Part shown: one piece after another, positions 29,320 to 38,503 of the stretch
How positions within the stretch are numbered: position 1 is the stretch's first letter
How the letters are laid out: each line of letters begins with the position of its first letter
Source: a virus
Taxonomy: Duplodnaviria > Caudoviricetes
Virus record (IMG/VR): IMGVR_UViG_3300028025_001987
Span: 1-63,424 of that record
Length of the DNA: 63,424 nt
Direction: 5' to 3' (one strand)
Notes under the pieces: model-generated
What the model was told of the DNA's origin: nothing
Databases searched by the model: none
What the model saw: only the letters and a program-made list of their open reading frames with translations
Program-made: the position numbers and the translations under genes

Positions 29320-32300
29320 ATGGCAAATTTTACAAGAAACTTTATAGCAGGTAGAATGAACAAGGTAGTAGACCAACGTTTACTTCCTGAGGGTGAGTAT
29401 GTTGATGCTATGAATATTAGAATGGGTTCAACCGAGAACGCTGAGATGGGAGTAGTAGAGAATACCAAAGGGAATCTTTCTCTTACCACATTAAAATATA
29501 ATGGGACATCTCTTAGTTCGTCAGCAAGATGTATTGGGGCGATTGAGGATAGTGCAAACGAAACCATTTATTGGTTTGTTCACGACTCAGCTTTCCCGGT
29601 AGGTGCTACGGGTAAACTTGATTTAATCTTGTCATTTAATGTTTTTACTAATATATTAACCTATCACGTAATAAGCATTAACAATGGCGGAAACGTTAAT
29701 ACTGTGTTAAACTTTAATCCAAGTTATTTGATTACGGGGATTAATGTACTAAACGATTTATTGTTTTTTACGGATGATTATAATCCACCTAGATTTATAA
29801 ATACCAATAGAAATTACGCTAATCCCGTATCTAATATAGACCAATTTACAGCAGAGTCTTTACTTGTTATTAAAAAACCACCGGTAGAATCCCCTGATGT
29901 AGAGCCTATTGTAACTAATGGACAAGAGAATTTTTTAACTACAAGATTCATTTGTTTTGCTTACAGATATAAATATATTGATGGCGAGTATAGTGCTACT
30001 TCTCAGTGGTCTCAACCTGCTTTTGTACCTAATCCTTTTAGTTTTAGTACTGAGAGTTTTTTAAACGAGGGGATGACCAACTTCTGTAACTCTGCACGAA
30101 TCACATACAACTCAGGAAGTTCTCTTGTAGTTGGTATTGATTTATTATTTAAAAGAGCAGATGGTACCGTAATAAAAGTTATCGAGAAACTTGACAAGAC
30201 TAATTTAGGTCTTTCAAATAATACAGAGTATCAATATACATTTACTAATAGCAAAATATTTACAATACTATCTGAGTCTGAATTATTGAGATTATACGAT
30301 AACGTACCTCGTTTTGCCAAGGCTCAGACTATTATGGGCAATAGATTAATGTACGGAAACTACATAGAGGGATACGATTTAGTAGACCAATATGGAGTTC
30401 CTGTTAAGTTTGAATATACTACCGACTTGGTTTCATTGCCTATTGGAAATTCTGATATTAACGATGCTACTTCAGCAGGAAATTATAATATTAATGGAAG
30501 CGTAAGTGTTCCAAGTTCAATAGTTTCATTTGACTTAACAGGTAAAAATTTAGTTGCAGGTTCTGCAGTTAGTTTGGCTGTAACAATTGAGCACGCTCAG
30601 TTTTCAGGTCAAACACCTTTTCCTACAGAAGAAACGGCTGATGTAAATTTAAACTTTTCATTTTTCTTAACTAAAACTTATACATCTGTATATCAATTAG
30701 CAACAAGTGTAGAGTTTCAAACTGCAGTAGGTACATCTGCTAATATCCAATCATTTGCGAATGCGTGTGTTGGTACAACATTTACTGACTCAGTTAACTG
30801 CTTATTACCAAATACTTTAGATGCTTATACAGCTACAGGTAGTGGTATAAGTGCATTAGCACAACCGGTTGGTATTGTAACAAGTCCAATTAGCAATTGG
30901 ATTGGATTCCAATTCATTGCACAAAAATTTGTAAACAACGTATCAACTCCTACTCAAACTTTTTATGAGTACTATCAAGTTGCTTTAGCTGAGGCAACTT
31001 TTCAAGAAGTTGCTAACCCTCAAAGTTTACATAGTAATCGTGACTATGAGATTGGTATTGTTTATATGGATGAATTTAATAGAGCATCTACTGCTCTTGT
31101 AAGTCCTAACAATACAGAGCACGTTCCTTGTGGATTATCGTCATATAAAAATTCAATTAAAGTAACGATACCTGCTACTCAAAAACCTCCGGGATGGGCT
31201 ACTAGGTATAAGTTTGTAATAAAGCCTGACCAAGAGAATTATGAGACAATTTATTGTAGCATATTCTTCCAAGACCCTATAACAAATAATGCATTCTTTT
31301 TATTAGAAGGAGAGAATGCAAAAAAAATAGAGGCGGGAGATAGGTTAATTGTAAAGGCTGATTCAAGTGGAGTAACATCATCTTGCGTATATGCAACTGT
31401 TCTTGAGAAATCTTCTCAAGCATCAAACTTTATTGAAATACCAACAGAAGAAGACCCCGAAGTATTTTTACCAATTCCTGCAGGCGTTTATATGAAAATA
31501 AACCCAAATAGTTTTAGTACAGTTACAGATGAGTATGCTATTATTGCTCCGGGTAAAATAACAGAAAGGGCACCAAGTCCGGGCATATTTGGTTCCGGAA
31601 CTTACCCTATTTTATATTACCCAATGAACACTGCTCAAACAGTAGGATTTGACCCTGCTCATCCAACTTGGGAATTTTCTGATTACACTGTACCTGCAGG
31701 AAGCAGAATTGTATTAGACATAAAACAATTTAGAGGTGGCAAAGGTTGTCAATGCGAAGAAAGAACAAATACTTTAGAGAAAACACTTGTCTCGTCAAAG
31801 ACGTATGACAATATGTATGATTGGTTTGTTGGAGATAACATAGAGCAATTTTTAAATGATGGAGTTAGATATGCTTCTTGTGGAGCCGATGTCCCTGAAA
31901 ATGAATTTGTTCCGGGTACAGGAAGTTCTACATTGATACCTAATAGTGGAATCAATTACTATCAATTTTATAGGAATCCAACAACCAATGAATTATATTT
32001 AATGGTTTCAGGTACTAAAAGCTGTCCGGGAATTGATTATCCAAATTCACGTGCTTCTAATGTTGAGGTAAATATTACAGTATTCCGTTCTGATAAAACA
32101 ATAATATTTGAAACAGAACCAACTGACGCTCTTCCTGACGTATTCTTTGAAAACGAAATGTCTTTTGCTATTACGGGTGGTAACCATATGGGTAACATCC
32201 AAAACCAAAATATAGGAGCAGGTACATCTGCTATAATTGACACTAAGTTTTTTAACTGCTTTGCATTTGGAAACGGAGCGGAGAGTTATAAGATTCGTGA

Positions 32301-34212
32301 TTCAATTATTGGGGGTTCATTTAACTTTGGAAATAGAGTGACAAGCGTTTCTGCTCAAGACTATAAAGCGGCAGATAGATTTGCTGACATCACATATAGT
32401 GGCGTGTATAGTGCTGAGTCAAACGTAAATAAGTTAAATGAATTTAATTTGGGCTTGCTTAACTATAAAGTTTGTGAGCCATCATTTGGAGAGATATTTA
32501 TATTAGACGGAAGGCAAACAGATGTACTTGTATTACAAGAAGATAAGATTTCATACGTATTAGCTGATAAAAATTTATTATCAGATTCTACAGGTGGTGG
32601 GGTTGTGGCTTCAGTCCCTGAAGTGTTAGGCACACAGATTGCCCGTAGCGAAAAGTATGGCATTAGCTTTAATCCTGAGAGTTATATACAATGGGGTTAC
32701 GATAGATATTTTACTGACGTAAAACGTGGTGCTGTTATTCAACTACGTGGAACTTCATATTCTAGTGAGGAACTCAAAGTTGTTTCTGAAATGAATATGA
32801 GAACTTGGTTTAGAGATACATTCAATGAATCTTTTAATACTCAAAAACTTGGTGGATTTGACCCTTATATGAATGAGTATGTCTTAACAAGTAATACTAT
32901 TGCTATACCATCAAATCCTCAGTGTATAAATTGTGGTATTACTCAAACATTTACATTGTCATCTGCGACAAGTGCAACAACAACTTATTGTGTTGACTTA
33001 GGTCCAACGGTAGGACTAACGGATATAAACTATACTGTTTCTTCAATAAGTGCAGGAGGTAATTTCCAAATAGTAGCTACTTATAATGGCACACCATACA
33101 CTACAGGTATAGTTACAACAGGCGGAACGTTATCTTTTACTAAGAATAATGTATCAGTAGAGACTGTAACTCTTGTAATAACTTATATAGGGAATATTAC
33201 ATTAGGCGTTGAGGTAGAGTGTCCTCAGGCAGCATCCTTAAGTATTGTTCAAATAGTGCTTACAAATGATTATGACTCAGGTCAAACCACTAATGCTCAA
33301 TATAGATATGTAAATGGCTCTTATACATCGCCACTACAATCTACCTTGGTGACATTTGCTAGTGGAACAACAAACCCACTTGTGTCATTATATAACATAA
33401 CAACAAATTATGTTGGTACGGGTGGTTTCCCTCCTGCAGGAAGTACAATGAGTTTGATTTCAAATAAACTTGCTACTGACACCTTTATATTTAATCCTGC
33501 TACTGATAAGTTTAGATACCTTGCTAGCAATACTTTATATAATAATACTACAGCAAACATAAATTCATTGTTAGCGTTAACAACAGTTGCCACTCCTAAT
33601 CAGGGTAGTGGAGGTAATAATTATGCAAACTTTACGGTACCTGCTCTTCAAAATTATTTGTATTTAGTATGGGACTTTAGGTCTTCAGTTGCTGTAGAAT
33701 TATGTTATTCTAATTTAAATACAGAAGATGCTTGTTGTGGTTGTGAATTAGAGCCAATATCATATAATTGTATTGATGGTAACTGTGTAGACCCGGGCGA
33801 TGGAACAGGCACATATGCTAGTTTAGCTTCTTGTGAAGCAAATTGTGCTGCCCCTACAACGGTTAGATTAGATTGGAACGTTGGTCAGCAATCAGGAGGA
33901 GCATTAGTAATATTTAACAATGTTGGGTCTCAATTACTAAATGTAACATCTACAGCAGGAACTGCTCAAAGTGGAACAATATATCCTTTGATAAGTCAGT
34001 TACCTTATACCATCCGTGGTGAGTGGGTATCGGGTTCAGGAAATATTATACAATTTAATTTATGTAATATAATAGATGGCGGAACAATATTTACAAGCGG
34101 AGAAATTACTAGCGTAGAGGGTTATGAGGACTATTTAGTTACACCAACGCCTGTTCACGGATTAGTTAGTTTAACTGCACAGAATGTAACACCACCTACT
34201 TGTCCTGTATAA
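29320..34212 (+). CDS. tail nozzle / stabilisation protein (P22 gp10-like), N-terminal part
   Basis: F..GRMNK..D.RL.P.GEY.DA.N, LFFTDDYNPPR, GNRLMYGNY, YGIS.NPES, YFTD.KRG.V. Confidence 0.75.
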   Translation: MANFTRNFIAGRMNKVVDQRLLPEGEYVDAMNIRMGSTENAEMGVVENTKGNLSLTTLKYNGTSLSSSARCIGAIEDSANETIYWFVHDSAFPVGATGKLDLILSFNVFTNILTYHVISINNGGNVNTVLNFNPSYLITGINVLNDLLFFTDDYNPPRFINTNRNYANPVSNIDQFTAESLLVIKKPPVESPDVEPIVTNGQENFLTTRFICFAYRYKYIDGEYSATSQWSQPAFVPNPFSFSTESFLNEGMTNFCNSARITYNSGSSLVVGIDLLFKRADGTVIKVIEKLDKTNLGLSNNTEYQYTFTNSKIFTILSESELLRLYDNVPRFAKAQTIMGNRLMYGNYIEGYDLVDQYGVPVKFEYTTDLVSLPIGNSDINDATSAGNYNINGSVSVPSSIVSFDLTGKNLVAGSAVSLAVTIEHAQFSGQTPFPTEETADVNLNFSFFLTKTYTSVYQLATSVEFQTAVGTSANIQSFANACVGTTFTDSVNCLLPNTLDAYTATGSGISALAQPVGIVTSPISNWIGFQFIAQKFVNNVSTPTQTFYEYYQVALAEATFQEVANPQSLHSNRDYEIGIVYMDEFNRASTALVSPNNTEHVPCGLSSYKNSIKVTIPATQKPPGWATRYKFVIKPDQENYETIYCSIFFQDPITNNAFFLLEGENAKKIEAGDRLIVKADSSGVTSSCVYATVLEKSSQASNFIEIPTEEDPEVFLPIPAGVYMKINPNSFSTVTDEYAIIAPGKITERAPSPGIFGSGTYPILYYPMNTAQTVGFDPAHPTWEFSDYTVPAGSRIVLDIKQFRGGKGCQCEERTNTLEKTLVSSKTYDNMYDWFVGDNIEQFLNDGVRYASCGADVPENEFVPGTGSSTLIPNSGINYYQFYRNPTTNELYLMVSGTKSCPGIDYPNSRASNVEVNITVFRSDKTIIFETEPTDALPDVFFENEMSFAITGGNHMGNIQNQNIGAGTSAIIDTKFFNCFAFGNGAESYKIRDSIIGGSFNFGNRVTSVSAQDYKAADRFADITYSGVYSAESNVNKLNEFNLGLLNYKVCEPSFGEIFILDGRQTDVLVLQEDKISYVLADKNLLSDSTGGGVVASVPEVLGTQIARSEKYGISFNPESYIQWGYDRYFTDVKRGAVIQLRGTSYSSEELKVVSEMNMRTWFRDTFNESFNTQKLGGFDPYMNEYVLTSNTIAIPSNPQCINCGITQTFTLSSATSATTTYCVDLGPTVGLTDINYTVSSISAGGNFQIVATYNGTPYTTGIVTTGGTLSFTKNNVSVETVTLVITYIGNITLGVEVECPQAASLSIVQIVLTNDYDSGQTTNAQYRYVNGSYTSPLQSTLVTFASGTTNPLVSLYNITTNYVGTGGFPPAGSTMSLISNKLATDTFIFNPATDKFRYLASNTLYNNTTANINSLLALTTVATPNQGSGGNNYANFTVPALQNYLYLVWDFRSSVAVELCYSNLNTEDACCGCELEPISYNCIDGNCVDPGDGTGTYASLASCEANCAAPTTVRLDWNVGQQSGGALVIFNNVGSQLLNVTSTAGTAQSGTIYPLISQLPYTIRGEWVSGSGNIIQFNLCNIIDGGTIFTSGEITSVEGYEDYLVTPTPVHGLVSLTAQNVTPPTCPV

Positions 34213-34231
34213 TTAAAATAAAATATAAAAA

Positions 34232-34858
34232 ATGGCAACAAGTTCAACATACTATCTAAATGCACCATCACTTGGTTCGGCAACTGCCGTGTTTACAAAT
34301 AGCACACTAGCAACTTGTGCTCCTAATGGATTTTATTCAGACGGAGTAATTACAAGACAACAAGTGGGATGTGTTTTATTACCACAGCAAACTTGTCCTG
34401 CGTGTGATGGCGTTTCATATAACTGCGTTGAAGGAACTTGCACGGACCCGGGAGACGGAACAGGAACGTATGAGACATTGGCAGCTTGCCAAGCAGTATG
34501 TGGCTCAGGTGAGTCATACAATTGTATAGACGGAGTTTGTGTTGACCCCGGAGATGGTAGCGGAACATACGCAACATTAGGAGCGTGTGAGGGTGCTTGC
34601 AATCCTGAGGTATATACTATTGATTCATTTGCAACAGGCTCATCGGCTACTGCTTGCAGTACCGGAAGTCCATCGGTTACCGTTTATGCTTTACCCGGAT
34701 ATACGGTTCCAATTGTTACAATGATTTTTTATACCGATTTAGCTTTAACAACTCCTTACGTTGGCGGAGCGGGATGGCGTAAATTTACAAATGGGACTAC
34801 AAACTATGCAGGAGAAGTTGATGCTACAGGAGAACTTACAAATTATGTAACTTGCTAA
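34232..34858 (+). CDS. Cys-rich virion protein
   Basis: Two SYNC..G.C.DPGDG.GTY.TL.AC...C repeats. Confidence 0.65.
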   Translation: MATSSTYYLNAPSLGSATAVFTNSTLATCAPNGFYSDGVITRQQVGCVLLPQQTCPACDGVSYNCVEGTCTDPGDGTGTYETLAACQAVCGSGESYNCIDGVCVDPGDGSGTYATLGACEGACNPEVYTIDSFATGSSATACSTGSPSVTVYALPGYTVPIVTMIFYTDLALTTPYVGGAGWRKFTNGTTNYAGEVDATGELTNYVTC

Positions 34859-34867
34859 TAAATAAAT

Positions 34868-35641
34868 ATGCCAAATTATACATTATCATATAGCGATTTA
34901 GTAGGGGGATGGGTATCCTTCTACTCTTACAATCCTGATTTTATGATAGGGATGAACAACTACTTTTACACGTTTAAAGGAGGCAATCTTTACAGACATA
35001 ACGTAAATGCTAACAGGAACACATTCTACGGCACTTTTACGCCATCGTCTATACAAAGTGTGTTTAATACGGCACCTCTTGAAAACAAGCTATTTAAGAC
35101 CATTAACATACAAGGTGATGCTGCTTGGGCTGCAACATTAGAAACGGACTTACAGTACTCAGGATTTATACAAGTAGATTGGTTTTCTAAGAAAGAGGCT
35201 GCTTACTTTGCCTTTATAAGAAATAACTCAGTTGGCGAACTTGCACTTAGAAGTGTTAATGGTATCGGCAAAAGCTACCAAGTGACGGGGTCAGGAGCGG
35301 CTGTGATAGTTAAATTTGCTGTAGAAATAGGAAGCATTATTAGTATTGGGGATTATTTGTACTATTCGGTATCTCCTTATGTGACTCCAATACTTGCAGG
35401 TAAAGTGACAGCTATTACTATTAACCCTTTAAGTTCGGTTAATCAACTTACAATAGATACTACAATCTCAGGAACAACACCTATACCAATACAAGATGCG
35501 TTTTTCTTGTACATCAAAAACTCAGTAGCTGAGTCTCACGGGGTGTTAGGACATTATTGTACATTTACACTATCAAACACTTCTACAAGTAAAGTTGAAT
35601 TGTTTGCAGTGCAGTCAGATGTTATGAAAAGTTTTCCTTAA
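34868..35641 (+). CDS. tail nozzle / stabilisation protein, C-terminal part
   Basis: TLSYS....GWVSFYSY.P...N..P...K.FKT....ELFAV.S. Confidence 0.6.
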   Translation: MPNYTLSYSDLVGGWVSFYSYNPDFMIGMNNYFYTFKGGNLYRHNVNANRNTFYGTFTPSSIQSVFNTAPLENKLFKTINIQGDAAWAATLETDLQYSGFIQVDWFSKKEAAYFAFIRNNSVGELALRSVNGIGKSYQVTGSGAAVIVKFAVEIGSIISIGDYLYYSVSPYVTPILAGKVTAITINPLSSVNQLTIDTTISGTTPIPIQDAFFLYIKNSVAESHGVLGHYCTFTLSNTSTSKVELFAVQSDVMKSFP

Positions 35642-35647
35642 ATTTAA

Positions 35648-35655
35648 TATCTTTG
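35648..35655 (+). promoter_or_regulatory. -7 promoter element for ejection genes
   Basis: TATCTTTG. Confidence 0.55.
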
Positions 35656-35662
35656 TAAGAAT

Positions 35663-36073
35663 ATGGAATTGTATATACGAGAACTGAACGAAACAGACTA
35701 CGATGAGATACTTGTAGGATGGTGGAAAGATTGGGGATGGAATGCTCCTCCAAGAGATTTTCTTCCTCGTGATGGCAGAGGTGGTATAATGGTTTTAGAT
35801 GAAGAAATACCGGTTTGTGCAGGATTTATGTATATTACCAATTCAAAGGTGGCTTGGGTAGATTGGATAATATCGAACAAGGAATATACCAAAAAGCCAC
35901 AAAGAAAAGACGCCATTAAGTTATTGGTGTCAGCGTTGACGGATATATGCAAAACAGCAGGTAGTAAATATGTTTATGCGTTAATAAAAAACGAAAGTTT
36001 AATGAGCACATATCAAGAATTAGGGTATGTAAAGGGAGATAATTATACAACAGAAATGATAAAAGTATTATAA
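35663..36073 (+). CDS. GNAT-fold acetyltransferase-like protein
   Basis: IRELNETDY...PVCAGFMY...Y.ELGY; position matches T7 gp13-like GNATs before ejection genes. Confidence 0.6.
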   Translation: MELYIRELNETDYDEILVGWWKDWGWNAPPRDFLPRDGRGGIMVLDEEIPVCAGFMYITNSKVAWVDWIISNKEYTKKPQRKDAIKLLVSALTDICKTAGSKYVYALIKNESLMSTYQELGYVKGDNYTTEMIKVL

Positions 36074-36074
36074 T

Positions 36075-36905
36075 ATGGCAGCATTTACTACAATCGCAGC
36101 AGGAATTGGGTTAGCCGCAACAGCAGCTACAACTACAATGTCCTTTACTCAAGCAGGCAAACAAAAAAAGGCACAACGTCAAGCTGAAAAAGATGCCGAT
36201 GAGGCTATGGCTGATGCACGTAAAAAATTGGAAACAAATTTTTATGCTGCACAAGGAATACAAAAAGAGCCATATGAGTTAGAAAGAGAAGCGTTGCTTT
36301 CTCAAGGAGCAGGTGCAATTCAAGCAGGTGTAGAAAGTGAAAGAGGTGCGGCTGCAACAGCAGGTCGTATTCAATTAGCACAACAACAAGGTCAAGCAGC
36401 AGTTAGAAGTGCAATGGGTCAAGAGATGATGGCATTAGAAAACAAGCAATTAGCAGAAGAAAGTCGTTTACGTGATATTGGTGTTCAATTAGATTTAGGT
36501 GAAGTAGAGGGTGCTCAATTAGCTGCAGCAAATGCGGAAAGGCTAAGAGCACAATCAATACAACAAGGAATGCAAGGGGTAACAAGTTTTGCACAACAAG
36601 CAGCCGCTGCTCTTCCATTGTTTAGTGGTACTGCAGGTGTAGCCGATGTAAGTGAAGTAAGTGCAACGCCATTAGAACCGATTGAATATATGCCTAGAGC
36701 AAATTTAACTATGCCTGTTGCACCTCAAACTATTAATCCAAATCTTCAGCCTGCTAATATTAGTCCAATAGGAGGAGATGCTAGATTACCTTATCAAGGG
36801 TATCAAGGTCCATTACCTCTTTATTTACAAAAACCAAAAGATTTTAGATTTTATAATCCACCTACGTATAATGACCCTTTTAGTATATACGGTAAAAGAA
36901 ATTAA
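36075..36905 (+). CDS. internal virion / ejection protein
   Basis: Ala/Gly-rich hydrophobic N-terminus, Gln/Ala helical body. Confidence 0.6.
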   Translation: MAAFTTIAAGIGLAATAATTTMSFTQAGKQKKAQRQAEKDADEAMADARKKLETNFYAAQGIQKEPYELEREALLSQGAGAIQAGVESERGAAATAGRIQLAQQQGQAAVRSAMGQEMMALENKQLAEESRLRDIGVQLDLGEVEGAQLAAANAERLRAQSIQQGMQGVTSFAQQAAAALPLFSGTAGVADVSEVSATPLEPIEYMPRANLTMPVAPQTINPNLQPANISPIGGDARLPYQGYQGPLPLYLQKPKDFRFYNPPTYNDPFSIYGKRN

Positions 36906-36907
36906 TT

Positions 36908-38485
36908 ATGGCAACATATTATAAATATGCAGAACGAAGTGCGGATAGTCAGGTCAATTGGGCTGAGGTAGGAAAGGGTATATCTGATATGCTTACCGAA
37001 GAGGTAAAAATTCGTGAAGAAAAAAAAGCTGCAATTGATAAATCAACTCGTGAGTTTCAGCAAACTTTGCAGAATGCCCCTCAAGGTCAGTTTCAAGATG
37101 CTAATAAGTTTACTAATGACTATGCTCATTCTATGATGGAGCAGCAAATGATTGATACCAAGTTATTAAAGTCGGGTAAAATGAAGTTGCAGGATTATAC
37201 TTTAAGAAGACAAAACTACATAGATGGTACAAATACGTTATTTGATTTACAAAAATTGTATCAAGAGAATTATAAACAAAAAATGGATGGTGTTCAAAGC
37301 GGAGAGTTTCAACCATTAACAGGTGCTAATATGGCTTCCGTAGAAGGCTTTTCTGATTTTTCAAAGTCAAAAGCCGTAATTGACCCTGCAACAGGTATTG
37401 TAAATGTTGGTATATTAGAACCTGACCCCAATAATAATGGTGTGATGAGATTAACTAATGATGTAGTTCCTGTTAATGTTATCAGAGGAAAGATATTAAC
37501 AAACATTCCTGCTTTTAAAGTTGAGGAAGCTATGAACAATACGGTTAAAGTTTTTGGTGATAGGGTTCAAACACTATATGATATTGCTACTAAAACAAAA
37601 TCAGGTACTATTACTGAACTAACAGGTATAGGTGCATTACAAGCATACCCTCAATTTAAAGGTGAAATAGAGCAATTTAATAAAGCAATAGACCAAACTA
37701 TTGACGGATATTTCGCAGACCCTTACCACTTGTCATCTGTACTTACAATGCAACTAGATAAGTATGATGCTACTTCATTTACGTATGATAAAGAGTTAGC
37801 TAAAAAAGACCCAAGCAAATTACTTTTAAAAATTAATCCAACTACAGGTCTTGGGATATTAGATGAATCAGGTGCTCATTATAAAGTACAAGAAAAAGAA
37901 GCTAAAGATTGGGTTAGAAACCAATTGTTGGCTAAGATGGATTCTAAAAAAACAATAAAAGAAACAGGAACTGTACCTTATGGTCCGCAACAGCAACAAT
38001 GGGCAGCTATTCAACAACAAAGCGGTCAAAATGATGTTCAGATTTCAAGAAGCATTGGCAGTTTATGGGGTGGTAATGATGCCTCTATACAATCTGCTAC
38101 AACTTATTTTAGAGATATTAATCCTGCAATACAAAGCGTTAAAAGAGACAATACAGGAGTTACAGTTTCATTTATTGGTAAAGACAATAGAGTTCAAGAG
38201 AAAACATTACCATTTAAGACCGCTAGCGGGAATGTAATGAGTCAAGCAGATTTTATTAAATCAGCGGCTCCATTGTTAGTTGGCAATCCAAATATAGGAA
38301 CAGCAATAGAAAGAGGAGGTTTAATAAAAAATGCTACCTTTAATCCAACGGGGAGTGCGTTGTCTCAGACGATAAAACAGGAAGCACCAAAACCTGTTAA
38401 TCCGTTTATTCCTCTAGGATATATTCCTAAGGTTATACAAACACAAACACCAACAACTGTTACAGGTGGAAATATTAGGAAGTAA
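36908..38485 (+). CDS. internal virion / ejection protein
   Basis: 525 aa between ejection-type genes. Confidence 0.55.
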   Translation: MATYYKYAERSADSQVNWAEVGKGISDMLTEEVKIREEKKAAIDKSTREFQQTLQNAPQGQFQDANKFTNDYAHSMMEQQMIDTKLLKSGKMKLQDYTLRRQNYIDGTNTLFDLQKLYQENYKQKMDGVQSGEFQPLTGANMASVEGFSDFSKSKAVIDPATGIVNVGILEPDPNNNGVMRLTNDVVPVNVIRGKILTNIPAFKVEEAMNNTVKVFGDRVQTLYDIATKTKSGTITELTGIGALQAYPQFKGEIEQFNKAIDQTIDGYFADPYHLSSVLTMQLDKYDATSFTYDKELAKKDPSKLLLKINPTTGLGILDESGAHYKVQEKEAKDWVRNQLLAKMDSKKTIKETGTVPYGPQQQQWAAIQQQSGQNDVQISRSIGSLWGGNDASIQSATTYFRDINPAIQSVKRDNTGVTVSFIGKDNRVQEKTLPFKTASGNVMSQADFIKSAAPLLVGNPNIGTAIERGGLIKNATFNPTGSALSQTIKQEAPKPVNPFIPLGYIPKVIQTQTPTTVTGGNIRK

Positions 38486-38503
38486 AAGATAAAATAATTA
38501 ATT

